Shown here in pieces: positions 10,800 to 24,230 of a stretch of 64,000 nucleotides of DNA. The DNA is taken from contig CDMY01000929.1 in NCBI GenBank assembly GCA_001179505.1, forward strand, positions 175,842-239,841, in the 5' to 3' direction. The notes under the pieces are model-generated. The model was not told where the DNA came from and searched no databases. It saw nothing but the letters and a program-made list of their open reading frames with translations. Both the position numbers and the translations under genes were made by a program. This DNA is from Vitrella brassicaformis CCMP3155 (taxonomy: Eukaryota > Protista > Chromerida). Numbering within the stretch: position 1 is the stretch's first letter; each line of letters starts with the position of its first letter.

Positions 10800-12704
10800 A
10801 TGGTGAGGCTATACGACGGCATCGACGACAGCCAGGTGGGCGATACACTGACGTATTGATTGCACGGCTGTCGTAGATGCATTGATTGCATTTGGCTGTG
10901 CCGTTGGCCATGCAGCTCACGACAGAGCAAATCAGGTGGGCGAAAAATGGCCGCATGATGCGTCCGTACAGTTCACGTGGCTGCAATTTGTCTTTTTGGC
11001 TGCCCAGGGCGTGTCTGGCGGAGGAGGAGAGGCGCATCGAAATCCTGCAGCGATACCTCATCAACGAGTGAGCAACACGACCGCACACAGACACGCGGAG
11101 ATGCACTCATCGATGTGAATGCGTGTGTGTGTGTGTGTGTGTGTGTGTGCATGTCAGGGGTGTGTGTCATCCCAGTGAGTTCCCTTTGGTGCCTCCCGTC
11201 CACGAGCAGGAGTGGCAGCGACAACAGCTGGAGCGTCAGCAAGAGCAGCAGCAGATAGAGTCTGCCACAGCAGCGGATTACGCATACCAATACAATGACC
11301 GAGGTGAGTGTTGTGTAATTCACCAATCGAGAGAGCGCATCCCACTCATCCACCCGTCTGTGACCTTTGTGTGTGCACAGGTGAGAGCCCTCAGCGCAGT
11401 GGCGGCTTTGGCAACTTCGGCAACAGCGATGAAGGCAGCCCCACCAGCAGATCTGGATACAGAGGACAGCGATTCGGTAAACCACCACACGCACACAACG
11501 ACACCCCTTCCCCCCCCCACACACGTGAATGATGTTTGTTTCCGTCTGATGGGACACGTGGATGCAGGCCCGTCTCCCGAGCCGTACACCAAAGACACCA
11601 GCAGTGTGGATGGGGCCAAGAAGGAGGTGCCCCTGACGCCGCCCACCCAGTCCACCAGCATGGGCTCGCCACCGGAGAGACCGGTCTGGCCGCACCAGGG
11701 CAGCCATGACTACGTGGTTGGGCCGCCTGTTCGCCAGGTGTCTGAGAAACAGGTAAATTAGTACCTGACCTGACAGTGTGTGTATCCACCAGAATTCACT
11801 TGCACACGTGTCACTGACACGTGCAATTGCGTAGGGCGAAGAGATACTGGCTTCGTTCGCTGGCGGTGTTGAAAGCTGCGATGACGTACGGCAGACAGAC
11901 AGACAGACAGACAGGGATATGCACTTATGTGTGTGCGTGTGTGCGTCTGTGTGCGTCTGTGTGTGTGTGTGTTGATGGGATGCGTCGTCAGTTCTTCAAG
12001 CAGTTCATGGGCGTGACCACCATGTCATCTCAGGTATGAGACTCCACCCACCCACATACACACATGACATGAAGCAATCCAATCCGGGTGAGCACACGTG
12101 TCGTGTGTCTATGAATATGTGTGTTGGTGCCTGTGTGTGTACCGACCGTACAGGCCGACGAGATACTCGCGGAAAAGTTCAACCAATGGCGGTCTCTGTC
12201 GAGAGGTACGGTAGGCACCTGCCTGAATGAGTGGATGGATGGATGGATTCTGTACTTGCACAATCATTCACGTGTTTGTGTGGTCTGTCTGTCCATTGCT
12301 CACTAATCTAATCAGTGCCCCAGCTGCGTGAGAAGTTCTCGGCCATCTACGCCCGCCTGCATACCGTGAGCGACGGACCGACCGATGCTTCCACGTCTCT
12401 TCCACACGTTTCTCTCTTTGTGTGGATGGGCTGGTGGCGTGTGTGTGTGTGTGAACTGAAGAGCCGCCCTGAGAACTGCCGCACCCTCGACACCGAAGCC
12501 GACCAAGCCACAAACACTTGCAGTACGGATGCGATCGATGCGTGTGTGCAGGTGTGCAAACGATGCTCCTGACTGTCTGAGTGTGTGTGTGTGTGTGTGA
12601 CTCTGGTTGCTGCAGGTGGTAGCGCGTACCTCAGCCCATTCATCCGGTTTGTGCGCGACTTCTTCATCGCGCCCTACGTCCACGTGCGGATTTGCACACT
12701 GCAC

Positions 12705-12735
<31 letters not shown>

Positions 12736-13982
12736 AGCGATCTGGGCGCACCTTACCCATAGCGCATTCGTTTTTGCAGGTTGGAGCCGTCACAGTGGAC
12801 AACTCGCGTCACTCTGCTGTGGACGAAATGGTCATCAGAGTCGACGAGACGCCTTTGCTCGACGAACAGCGTACGACAAGAGACAGGCTGTGACTGTGCT
12901 GTGTGTGCTGTGCTGTTGTGCGATGTGTGTATGAATGGATGTATGTCTGAATATATTTGCGTGTGGCGTGCTGTGCTGTGCAGATCTGACGGGCGAGAGG
13001 CACACAGATTGGGTGTGGAAGGCCTTCATGAAGCAGGGCAAGTACACACAGGTATCGATCGTATTAATAAGGCAGGCCTTCATGTGCTGCATGGTTACGG
13101 TCAGACCACTGCGTACGGTACGCATCTGTCTGTGTGTGTGTGCAGGTGGTGTTCATCAAGACCCAGTGGCCGCACGACATGCTGCAGCAGGTGTGTGACA
13201 AGTTTGCCGAGGTGGTCAATGAGTTCATCAAGAAAAAACACAACTTCAAAGAGCTGCCGAGGCGAGTGAGCGAATGAATGAGTGAATGAGTGAATGAGAC
13301 GAGACGCCCACACGCAAAGAAACCCCACGTGTGTCAGTCATATCATGCGCCGCTGATGGATGGATGGATGGACGGCAGGCACTGGACCGTGCACAGGACT
13401 TGTCAGTACCTGATCGTCACCTCGCCCACACTCAGGAACTGGGACACACTGGTACTACGCACACACGTGCCACATGCACTCCCTCACTGACTGAGGCACA
13501 CTAACTCATTCATTCACGATGGATATGTGTGTGCAGCAAGTGTGGGCGTGTTACTATCGGCAGCTCTTCAGACCTGAGAACTCCGTTTATCACCCCTACG
13601 GCAACAGGCCTGGGGCCTACAGAGACCGTGGGGGGTACAACAAGGTCCGTGAGACAGACAACGTACACCAGTGCACCCCCGGCGACACGTCCGTCCGTGT
13701 GTGTGTGTGTCCAGGGCGGCCGTGGTGACTATGATCGGCGGGACAGCTATCGGGTACCTACCACACAGACATACACACCACACCCACCCTGCACGGCACG
13801 CACTGCACACACACAGACCCCGATGGATGTGTGGTGTGTGGTGTTGTGTGTCTATCCATCAGACTGGCAGCGGTGGTCGTGGTGGCGGTGGTGGCGGTCG
13901 TCGGTTCGATCGGGGCGGAGGAAGTGGCGCGGGTGGGGGCGGGTCCAGAGGCAGGGGCAACAGCAGCAGGGGCATCCTCTGA
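10800..13982 (+). CDS. Multi-exon hypothetical protein with a C-terminal RGG-rich tail (paralog A)
   Basis: Exons MVRLYDGIDDSQ|LTTEQIR|ACLAEEERRIEILQRYLINE ... VVFIKTQWPHDMLQQ|VCDKFAEVV ... GNSSRGIL*. Exon-by-exon match to the gene at 24826-27629 supports coding status. Confidence 0.75.
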
Positions 13983-15069
13983 CCGACTGGCCCACTGACT
14001 GACTGGCACGTTACACGTGGTGCAGGAGTGTGCGTGTGCGTGTGTGTAACCGATCACTTGACGGCGGGTCTTTGTCTGCCTCGTTTGTGTGAGTAAACCG
14101 GAGCCTGTTTGTCAGTCAGCCTTGTGTAACACAGAGCGAGACGCCTGCAATGACACGTTTGTGAGGCGGGCTCTCGCTCGCTGGAAGCCGATTCATGAAT
14201 AAGGCCACCCTTGTAGACTCTTCACAGGATGGATGGATGGATGGATAGGGGGCGGTGGCGTGTGTGGATGGTATGCTATGTGTGGATACGTGACGACTGG
14301 CGGCTCAGGGTGAGAGAGTCGCTTGACGCGTGTGTGTCCTGGACGGTGTGTTGCGTGCGTGGGCTTCCTCGTGCGTCAGGCCGTCAGCTGAGACCACGAC
14401 TGCATGTCGGCAGTGCTGGTGTGAGATGACGGCGAGGAGTCAGGGAGGCCCACGGCCATGCAGCGAGCGACACAATGCATTGTGTGGATGGAAAACTGGC
14501 TAAATGGACGCATGTGTGTATCTGTGTATGTATGAGACGTCAATGGCCAGCGATATCATCCTGCGGGTGGGCTGGTGGCTTGTGCATGGATCCACAAGTG
14601 AGGGCCGGGAGGCTGCAGGAAGGACCCTGACTTGTTGGACAAACCATTCATGTTGTCAGAAAACGATGTGACCGACCCACAGCACACCTGTACACTGACT
14701 GTTCTGTGTCATCCACGCGTTGGCTCCGTGTGGTACCCGTCTGTTGAATAGAGCTGATGGCCCGATGCAATCAATGGCCATCAGTCCAATCCGACGGACG
14801 AACACGACCAAGAAACCAAGGAACGGTTCCACAGACGAAGCACATCTTGATCGAGGCCGTGAAAAAATGGCGACACGCCGACCGAAAGTCAACCAACAGC
14901 AAATCAGACCGACACACCCTGCAGCTGCCCTTCACGCACTTCATTAATGGGATGAATGCATGGCTATCTACAATGCATCAGAGCCACGATAAACCACCCA
15001 CTAGCCTCCGCCCCAGCTCACTTCGTCTCGTCTCGACTCGACTCGCATCACTCGTTCTCAGAAGGTCAG

Positions 15070-16178
15070 TCAGTAGATGAAGGGGAAGAACTTGTTGGTC
15101 TCCTGCGCGTACTGCTCATAGTCCTGGAACGTGTCCACCAGCTGCCGCTCCTCGTAGTTGGCTTTGTTCTCCAAGATCCAGAACAGCAGGCCACACAGCA
15201 CCAGCCGCTCGATTGACTTGGTCGCAAGAGCCAAGCCAAAGGACGCTATCAGCAGCCCTGAGTACATTGGGTGCCTCACGTACTTGTAGATGCCTGATAT
15301 GATTGGGGCAAGGGCGAGAGGGATGGCGAAAGCAGACAGACATTGTATGTTGCAGTTTCTGATTCTTCTTGGTGTGTGTGTTGGGTACCCTCTTTCTTGA
15401 GTGTGGCTCCCTGGATGGGTTGCGGCCATGGTGAGATGTCCTCGCCCATCTCAAGCACACCAGTCAAGATGAACAGCAAGCCTGCGCATACACACACACA
15501 CAGATGTAAACACACACCAAAACGTGACATTGTAACCCCATCCATGTGTGTGCATTGTGGCACTCGGCCTATTATGTACCGACCGAGTGATATGAACGAG
15601 GGCCCAAGGCCGTATTCCATGAAGTCGCCGACAACCGGCACTTTGCCAATGATGACAGCCAGGACGCCAAACACCTGGAGAAACGCCCACGCCTCGCCCT
15701 CACCGAATGACGTCTTGTTCCACACATTGGCCTGGACGAATATCAAACCACACCAAGACACACAGGCAGAGCAGGACACACGCTCGCTTGTTGCTCCATC
15801 CATCCATCCATTCGGTGGTCGCCTCACCCTCAGCTTCTCTCGCAGTCCATCGGCCTCGAGCTTGTCGGGCAGCTCCTTCAGCTTCTCAGCATATCGGCCG
15901 AACAAATCAGCCACCTGACGATGCACAGGCATAGACAGCAGAGGGAGCCCAGCCCGTTCACGCGTCTCTCAGTCCATGTCAGGTGACGCGTCAGTGCCTA
16001 TAGCGAACCTCGGCCACTGGGCTCCTCCCCTCCTCGGTCCTTGTCTGCCTCTCCTGGACGGCTCGTGTGAATGAGGTGTCCCTCTCTCTGTCACTGTCGA
16101 AACTCTCCCACGCTGATGGCGTCCTCGAAGCCCTGACAACACAGAACACGCCGATGAACGCCCAAGTGAACCACTCAT
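15070..16178 (-). CDS. Isoprenylcysteine carboxyl methyltransferase / PEMT-like membrane methyltransferase; start uncertain
   Basis: C-terminal signature GIYKYVRHPMYSG...EERQLVDTFQDYEQYAQETNKFFPFIY; upstream hydrophobic exons and GLLFILTGVLEMGEDISPWPQP. Confidence 0.85.
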
Positions 16179-16234
16179 GGGCTGCGTAGATGAGGTGATC
16201 CTGGCGCACCTTAGAGCAGTACTGGACCTCTGAG

Positions 16235-17898
16235 GATCGTGTCTCCTCAGAATGCTTTCCTTGTCTTTCCTTGTCTTCTCCTCTCTCCACCCGTTACACA
16301 GCAATCTACCCTAGCTCACAAGCTCGCAGTGGTTCGTCTTCCCAAGCTGGCAATCCTGACAGATACGCCACCCACTGCCCTCTTTCCAGCTTAGCTCGCA
16401 GTCTTCTCCCCTTCTGAGCTCGCATTGTGCTGGGCATTGCAGATCTTCTTCGAGATGTCGTTTGCCGACCACTGGGTGTCGTTTGAGTCGAGCTGCAAGG
16501 CCAATCTGCAGGTGCTGCTTCTGGCTGTCGTCGGTTTCCTCTGCGGATACTACCCCACCGAAGAACGTACGTGAGAGAGATGCACTCATGGGACGCACAC
16601 CACACCACACGATACGATACGCACTGATACGTACACGCTGATCGATTCATGTCATGATTGTCGTCCTTTGTGTGGGTTGTGCCTGTCGCGGTTTCAGCGT
16701 TCATTGACACACGTGCAGCCAAGAAGCTGAGCCGCATCGCCCTCTATGTGTTTCTGCCGTGCTTGTGCTTCTGCTCCATCGGCTCACGGCTGACTCTCGA
16801 TGACATGGCCACACTGTGGCCACTCATCATGTGGAGCTTCCTGCAGGTCGGCAGGGCAGACAGACAGACACCGCTTGATCCTGCTGTGCTGCCTTCCCTC
16901 ACACAGATCTATGTCTNNNNNNNNNNNNNNNNNNNNNNNNNNNNNNNNNNNNNNNNNNNNNNNNNNNNNNNNNNNNNNNNNNNNNNNNNNNNNNNNNNNN
17001 NNNNNNNNNNNNNNNNNNNNNNNNNNNNNNNNNNNNNNNNNNNNNNNNNNNNNNNNNNNNNNNNNNNNNNNNNNNNNNNNNNNNNNNNNNNNNNNNNNNN
17101 NNNNNNNNNNNNNNNNNNNNNNNNNNNNNNNNNNNNNNNNNNNNNNNNNNNNNNNNNNNNNNNNNNNNNNNNNNNNNNNNNNNNNNNNNNNNNNNNNNNN
17201 NNNNNNNNNNNNNNNNGATCGTGTCTCCTCAGAATGCTTTCCTTGTCTTTCCTTGTCTTCTCCTCTCTCCACCCGTTACACAGCAATCTACCCTAGCTCA
17301 CAAGCTCGCAGTGGTTCGTCTTCCCAAGCTGGCAATCCTGACAGATACGCCACCCACTGCCCTCTTTCCAGCTTAGCTCGCAGTCTTCTCCCCTTCTGAG
17401 CTCGCATTGTGCTGGGCATTGCAGATCTTCTTCGAGATGTCGTTTGCCGACCACTGGGTGTCGTTTGAGTCGAGCTGCAAGGCCAATCTGCAGGTGCTGC
17501 TTCTGGCTGTCGTCGGTTTCCTCTGCGGATACTACCCCACCGAAGAACGTACGTGAGAGAGATGCACTCATGGGACGCACACCACACCACACGATACGAT
17601 ACGCACTGATACGTACACGCTGATCGATTCATGTCATGATTGTCGTCCTTTGTGTGGGTTGTGCCTGTCGCGGTTTCAGCGTTCATTGACACACGTGCAG
17701 CCAAGAAGCTGAGCCGCATCGCCCTCTATGTGTTTCTGCCGTGCTTGTGCTTCTGCTCCATCGGCTCACGGCTGACTCTCGATGACATGGCCACACTGTG
17801 GCCACTCATCATGTGGAGCTTCCTGCAGGTCGGCAGGGCAGACAGACAGACACCGCTTGATCCTGCTGTGCTGCCTTCCCTCACACAGATCTATGTCT
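16235..17898. other. Assembly gap (300 N, 16917-17216) flanked by an apparently identical 682-bp duplication; probable contig-overlap artefact
   Basis: 16235-16916 matches 17217-17898 (offset 982); both copies abut the N-run. Confidence 0.9.
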
Positions 17899-19654
17899 AT
17901 CTCTTTTTCGTTTTGCAGACCGTCATCGGTTGGGTGACCTCCCAGGTGCTGTGTTGGCTGCTGCGGGACGTCATCGACCGTCCGTCCCTCAGCAAGGAGG
18001 AGCGGCGGGCGGTGGGGCCGTCACTCATCTACTCGCTGCTGCCGCTGGCGGTGACTTGGCAGAACTCGGGCGTGTTCCCCCTGGTCATGATGGAGGCCAT
18101 CTGCGAGCAGTACCCCACTGCACACTTCAGCCAGCATACACACCCTGTATGTCCGTGAGTGAGTGGGCACAGAAACAGCGAGGAGGGGGCGGGGCGACCA
18201 AGGGGGGCGTTGGAGTGCGGGGTGTGTTGTTGTTGTGTGTACTGGGCGTGTCAGCACTACACGACAGACGCTGGCGAGGATGTGATCATGGAGGACCCCG
18301 TGACATCGTGCTTTGACGATGCGGCCATGTTTGTGTTCGTGTACGGTGTCGGGTGGGGCATCTCATTCTGGAGCGTCGGTCAGTGCGAGCACAGGCGGGA
18401 ACACATCGAAAGGCCACAACGCCGGTGGGTATTCACAGGTGTGTCTTGTGCGGTGCGTGCAGGTTACAGCAAGCTCAAGTCGGCTCGTGACCAAGTGCTC
18501 AGACGAGAGCCATCAAAAACGGTAAGGACTTGCGTGTGTATGCGCTGTACCTCGCCTGTGTGAGTCTATCCGTCTTTGCCCTTTCGTTTGCAGAGGATCG
18601 AGGCAGCGATGCGTGTGGCTGAGGACCTCTTCAATCCCGCCATCATAGCATTGCTGGTCGGCATCCTCGTCGGCTGCCTCCCAGCCGTGCAGTCGTTCAT
18701 ATTCCAAACCAAGTAAGGGAGAGAGACCACAGAAGTACAAAAGACACCAACACGAAACCAATGTGTGTGTGCAGCGGTGGGTTCGTGTCGTCGTTCACCA
18801 AGACGGCTCACGTGTTGGGTCAGCCCACGGTGGCCGTCATGACCATGCTCATGGCCGCATCGCTCGCACACAACGTGAGGAGCATGCAGGAGGCCGCGAC
18901 CGGTGACAAGACTGGGGAGTCCTTGGCCAACGCACCGCTGGCCGGCAGCAAGTGAGCAGCCATCGATCGGCCGGTGGCTGTCTCGCTTGTGTGTGTGTGT
19001 GGGGGGGGGGGGCGTTTCCTCACGCGGACTATGTATGTCTGTGTCAGGGATATCATAGCGGCTGATGACATCGGCGAGCCTGAGGCGCCCAACTGGCGGA
19101 TGGTCACACTCGCAGTCATGCTCAAGCTCTGCATACAACCGCTGATCGGTGGGGACCACAGCAACCACTACTAGCAAGGAGCCATACTTGTGTTGTGTGT
19201 GGTCTGGCTTCAGGCATCCTGCTCATGTGTGGCGCGGAGAGGTATTTCGGCCCGAGCAGTGTCTTTCTGCCGAACAAACCCCTCGTCAAGTAAGGACGCC
19301 AGACGCATAGATCGGCGACAGAGCTGCACGGCTGCATGGCTGCCTGCTGTCTGTCCTTACTGGATGGGTGGGTGCAGGGTGGTGATCTTGGTGGAGTTTG
19401 CTGCTCCGTCAGCACAGACCCTCGTGCTGGCCGCACAGAGACTGAGTACGCTCAGATGCACACACACGCACACGCATGAGACCACACGCCTCTCCATATT
19501 GTGCCACGTGTTGTGCCGTGGGATGTGTGCAGGCATGTCTCGTTTGGCCGGCAACCTGACCTATATCTACACGTGGATGTACATATTCAGCTTCCTCTTC
19601 GCCACCGTCTTCTGCTCCGTCGCCATCGAGATGTTCCTGCAACACGCCAAGTGA
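17437..19654 (+). CDS. Auxin-efflux-carrier / PIN-LIKES (PILS, Mem_trans family) transporter; multi-exon
   Basis: MSFADHWVSFESSCKANLQVLLLAVVG; KKLSRIALYVFLPCLCF; WQNSGVFPLVMMEAIC; LFNPAIIALLVGILVG; VEFAAPSAQTLV; TGA at 19652-19654. Confidence 0.88.
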
Positions 19655-20329
19655 ATCAGCGGAGCTCGCTACAGGCTGGTGTGCATATTGCTCGGTGCCA
19701 AGAGAGTATGATGTTGAGCGTCGATCGAGAGGCGGGTTTTTCGCGTGTGTACATGTGATATATTGTGTGTAGCGTATTGGCTAAGAGGCGGGCCGTAGTG
19801 ATGGCCAGTCGGAAAGACAGACACCTTTGTAGAGGCGCCACTGATGCTCGCCGTCGTCCTCATCCTCACGACCACGCTGCTCGAACATCATGAGCATCTG
19901 CTAAGAGAGCAAGGTGGTTATGATGTCGGGGACGACGGTCGAGCGGGCGGTGCGCTGTCCAGTCACGATTAAGCCGAGGGAGTCTTCAGCAACGGTGTAA
20001 TGATGATAGTGTGGCGAGATGCATATAGGTCCTCGGATTTGTCGGCTTTGCTGGACTCGTCATTCATCCGACAGAAGCATTCTCACTGAGTCTGTATGTC
20101 TCTCATGGCATACAACCACTACGCGAACACCGCACCACACGATGCAAACACGGTCTGGTCTGTCCGTTCTTCCCAGTTAGTGGCATGTGTGGAAGAGGTC
20201 GACGAGAAGTGCGTCGATATGATGCAAAATGTAGGCAGCGATGATTCATCTGTAGGACACCACACGAGTAGAAAAGAGACTTGACATGAGTGAGACATCT
20301 TCAGATGCAGACATTCCTGACAACTTCAC

Positions 20330-23300
20330 CCTCTCCATCAGAAGAGGACAGTCCCGGGACATCGGAAATTGAGTTTAAAAATGTCGAAATATAAAATGTG
20401 GGCAGCGATGACCGATCTGTAAAGGCACACGAAGAGAGAGGCGCATGACAAGATACACGTTTAGTGAGACGCAGCACACTGAGCACATCCTACCTTCTGA
20501 CTCGGTCCTTGGAGACGCCATGCGTCCAAAAGCCTCACGCGGCTCGCATCGAGGTTTGAAACTCGGCCTCGATCGGTAGTGGCGCTTCTGTAACTCGAGT
20601 ACTGGGCCATGGCTGGACCATAGCATTCACAGCGAATGAATACGCAGACAGAACACGGGAAATGAAGGCGGCGATGCTCTTCATTGATGAGCATGCGTTC
20701 GTTGTTCCTCCCTTTCCAGGCCCTCTCTCTCTGTCCCTTCCTCGGATTCTCTCCTCACCCCTCTCAATCATCTGCACCTTCACATGGTGGTCTAGAGTCG
20801 ACAAAGTGCACAGACGCAGTGAGGTGAGGGAGGGGGCGGGAGGCGCGCGTTGAGCGTTGAGGCTGCCAAGAGCTGTGTGCGGGGTGGTGGTGCATCGGGG
20901 GGTGCTGGGGGGCCATGGCGGAGTGGGTGGTGTAGGTGGGCTGCAGGGGCGGCATGCCCTGGTACGGCCTCGTGATGGCGGCAGGGGCGTGGCCCAGAGT
21001 GCTGAGGGCCTCCTGACGCTGGTAGACCTCAGCCTTGGCGCGGAACTTTTCACACTGCGCCCTCACACCAGCTAGTTCCTCCTGATGGATGGATGAAGGG
21101 ACGCCACACACACACACACACACACGCACAAACGCATCCAGGGTGTGACGAATGGATGGATGGATGAGTGTGAGGTGGGGCGAAAAAGAGGCTGACTAGC
21201 TGACCTTGACGGTGGCGAGCTCCGCATTGTCGCTCCTGGTTCGCTCCAGCTCGGCCTGCGCTTGCTGGTCGACGACGCCAAGACGTCCTGCATACACACA
21301 TGCACCACACACATGCGTCTCTTGTTCATGGCCCTGCCGTCCTCTTCTCCTTCATGGCTTCTTGGGTGTGCGCGCTGCAATCGAAGGGACACATAGCGGC
21401 ACAGAGAGACAATGCCGTGTGGATGATGCATGTAAGAAGGTTGGCGGCTCTTACTGAATTGCGGGGCCCTTGGCCCGTAGCCTTGGCCTTCAGCGGCATC
21501 CTCCACCTGTCTGCAATTTGACAATAACAAATTGAGCTCAATGCCTTCCTGTCTGTGCGTTTCCGTGCGCGAGAATCGGAAGAAGAGACCCCAGAATATA
21601 AAAAGTAGACAACGATTTTGCCCCCGACTGCCTGCAGACGGACAAGCATCTCAGTACTGTATCTGTATGTCTCTGTCCTTTTTTGAGCGGTGAGCCACAT
21701 ACAACACATACACACACAAAGCACGAACCACGGAAGATAAGTGTGCCACACCTTCCCAGGCCCTCTCCCTCTCTGTCCCTTCCTCGGGCTCTCTCCTCAC
21801 CTCGCTCAATCATCTCCATCTTCACATCATGGTCTCGAGAGTCGCCAGGGTGCACAGCGATCCATGTGCAGCACCTCATACCTGTTTGTTTGTTTGTTTG
21901 GTTGGTTGGTTGGTTCCACACACACAGGCAGAGCAACACACACACACACACACAGCGTGTCTCTCTGCCTCTCTGTCTGTCTGTCTGTCTGTCTGTCTGT
22001 GTCTGTGTGTGTGTACATACATTGATGGTGACGCCGTGGCAGTGCGACACCGACACGCTGGGCCATGTCACGTGTGGCGCGTCTGGGGGACTGGTGGTGG
22101 CCATGTTGAACTGATTGATGCACACACAGTGAGTTGGCGACGTCTTGGTGGACTGACTGGACACTCTGCTGACTCACTGAATGACTCGCACGTGTGCTTA
22201 CATACATTGATGGTGACGCCGTGGCAGTGCGACACCGACACGCTGGGCCATGTCACGTGTGGCGCGTCTGGGGGACTGGTGGTGGCCATGTTGAACTGAT
22301 TGATGCACACACAGTGAGTTGGTGACGTCTTGGTGGACTGACTGGACACTCTGCTGACTCACTGAATGACTCGTACGTGTGCTTACATACATTGATGGTG
22401 ACGCCGTGGCAGTGCGACACCGACACGCTGGGCCATGTCACGTGTGGCGCGTCTGGGGGACTGGTGGTGGCCATGTTGAACTGATTGATGCACACACAGT
22501 GAGTTGGTGACGTCTTGGTGGACTGACTGGACACTCTGCTGACTCACTGAATGACTCGTACGTATGCTTACATACATTGATGGTGACGCCGTGGCAGTGC
22601 GACACCGACACGGTAATCGGCAATGCCTGCAGAGGGCCAGACCCAACACGGACATACATGTCTGTCTGTCTTTGGCACCTTTGTTGCTGTGTGGGGTCGA
22701 GTAGTCTACTCATTCACCTGCAGCTGCCGGATCGTGTTGGTCAGCTCGGCCTTCTCCCACTCGTGTCGGGCCCGCATGGCCGCCATTTTCCCCTGATTGA
22801 TAGATAAATGGAGAAAGGAAGGAATGCCACATTGAGTCACTTTGGGCATCAAGGAGTTGGACACCGACACGGTGGACCTCCTTGACCACCTTGCTCACGA
22901 TACCAGAGCGGCGCAGCGACCCAATGGGCACCCATCCATTCGTCTGCTCACTTCCACTCCTACTGCCGCCGAACTCAACTGTCGGCGTCTCCATCGCACG
23001 CCGGCGCGTTCAGGAGGTGCGTGAGGGTCGAAAGAAGATGCCGACGAATATAAAATGTAGGCAACGATTTTGTGGCCCCGACTGCCTGCAGAGTCAGTGC
23101 AGACGGACAACTATCTCAATACGTGCAGGAGGCGGAGCGGGAAACGTCGCCTGCGATGCCCATCTTCGTACCTCTGTGTGTGTGTGTGTGTGTGCCGTCT
23201 GGACCTTCTTGAGCTGTGCAACGGCGGGTTCCTTGCACCTCTCGAGCTCCTGCAGGCACAACACGCACACACGTCGCAATGGAATGGCACCCACCTCCCG

Positions 23301-24230
23301 TGTCATCCCCCATCCATCCATCCATCCATCTATGTATGTATGTGTGTATGTATGTATGTATGTATGTGAGCATACCCGTCGGCTGTTGCGGAGGCCGGAG
23401 TTCTCGCGTGTCACTGTCGCCAACCGCTCGCGCGCCTGTAAGTGCACGGACCGACACATAAACACACAGGCAGGCAGTCAACACACGAATGTCCATGAGC
23501 CCGCCCAGCGCCACGTTGCTCACTCTTGACACATTCTGCTGGTAGGCCTCACACTTGGCGCGGAAGTCGGCCGCCTCTTCCTCCTGGCTGGTCAGCCGCT
23601 CCTTTAGCTCCTTCTTCTCGACTGCCGGCATGGATGGCGGATACGCACAGACATGCCGCAAAGAATCGATCAAGGAACTGCCTCTCTCTCCTCGTGTGTG
23701 GCTGCTCTGCCCCTCTTGTGCAACTGACACTCACCGGTGATTTCGCGGATGTGTTCTTGCCGGAGGTCGCGGCTACTCTGGTCCCTATGCATCTCCCCTG
23801 CACAGATAAATACACACCGAGAGCAAAGCCGCGCATGTGTGTGTGTACTTGACGATACAATCAATGCATTGATTGTGGGCGGTTTGCTCACTCTTGGCCC
23901 AGTCCCGGTCCGCTATCAGCGCCTCGATGTCCTCAATCAAAGCCCTGTAACTCGAGTACTGGGCCATGGCTGGACCATAGCATTCACAGCGAATGAATAC
24001 GCAGACAGAACACGGGAAATGAAGGCGGCGATGCTCTTCATTGATGAGCATGCGTTCGTTGTTCCTCCCTTTCCAGGCCCTCTCTCTCTGTCCCTTCCTC
24101 GGATTCTCTCCTCACCCCTCTCAATCATCTGCACCTTCACATGGTGGTCTAGAGTCGACAAAGTGCACAGCCGAAGTGAGCTCAGGCAGGAGACGGGAGT
24201 CCCGACTGCTGCTGCTGCTGCCGCTGACAT
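20330..24230 (-). CDS. Head-to-tail cluster of 2-3 related, partly rearranged coiled-coil genes or gene fragments
   Basis: ATG at 24230 (MSAAAAAAVG...MIERGEERIRG...YSSYRALIEDIEAL). Recurrent modules: MIERGEER (x3), FRAKCEAYQQ/FRAKAEVYQR (x2), and KIVAYILYS/KIVVYFLYS/VIAAHILYF. Gene boundaries unresolved. Confidence 0.5.
20588..20813. repeat. 226-bp direct repeat, copy 1 (copy 2 at 23945-24170; diverged partial copy near 21750-21860)
   Basis: ctgtaactcgagtactggg...gacaaagtgcacag reads identically at both places. Confidence 0.92.
22015..22612. repeat. Tandem repeat, 185-bp unit x ~3.2
   Basis: Unit starts at 22015, 22200, 22385 and 22570 (partial); only a few substitutions between copies. Confidence 0.97.

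Noticed and set aside
9695-10930. Full 411-aa ORF as listed in the track
   Set aside because: The first ~117 codons overlap the promoter and first exons of the divergent gene; family similarity begins at MAAMAMSTD (10579).
16235-16916. Apparent tandem duplication of the PILS gene 5' half
   Set aside because: The two copies look identical and both abut a round 300-N gap, the signature of unmerged overlapping contigs.
22015-22612. CRISPR-like array
   Set aside because: Units are contiguous 185-bp near-identical copies without unique spacers, there are no cas genes, and the context is eukaryotic.
21590-23110. KIVAYILY / KIVVYFLY read as a GNAT acetyltransferase strand
   Set aside because: No acetyl-CoA-binding motif A (RxxGxG) follows in any frame I could splice; the match is too short.
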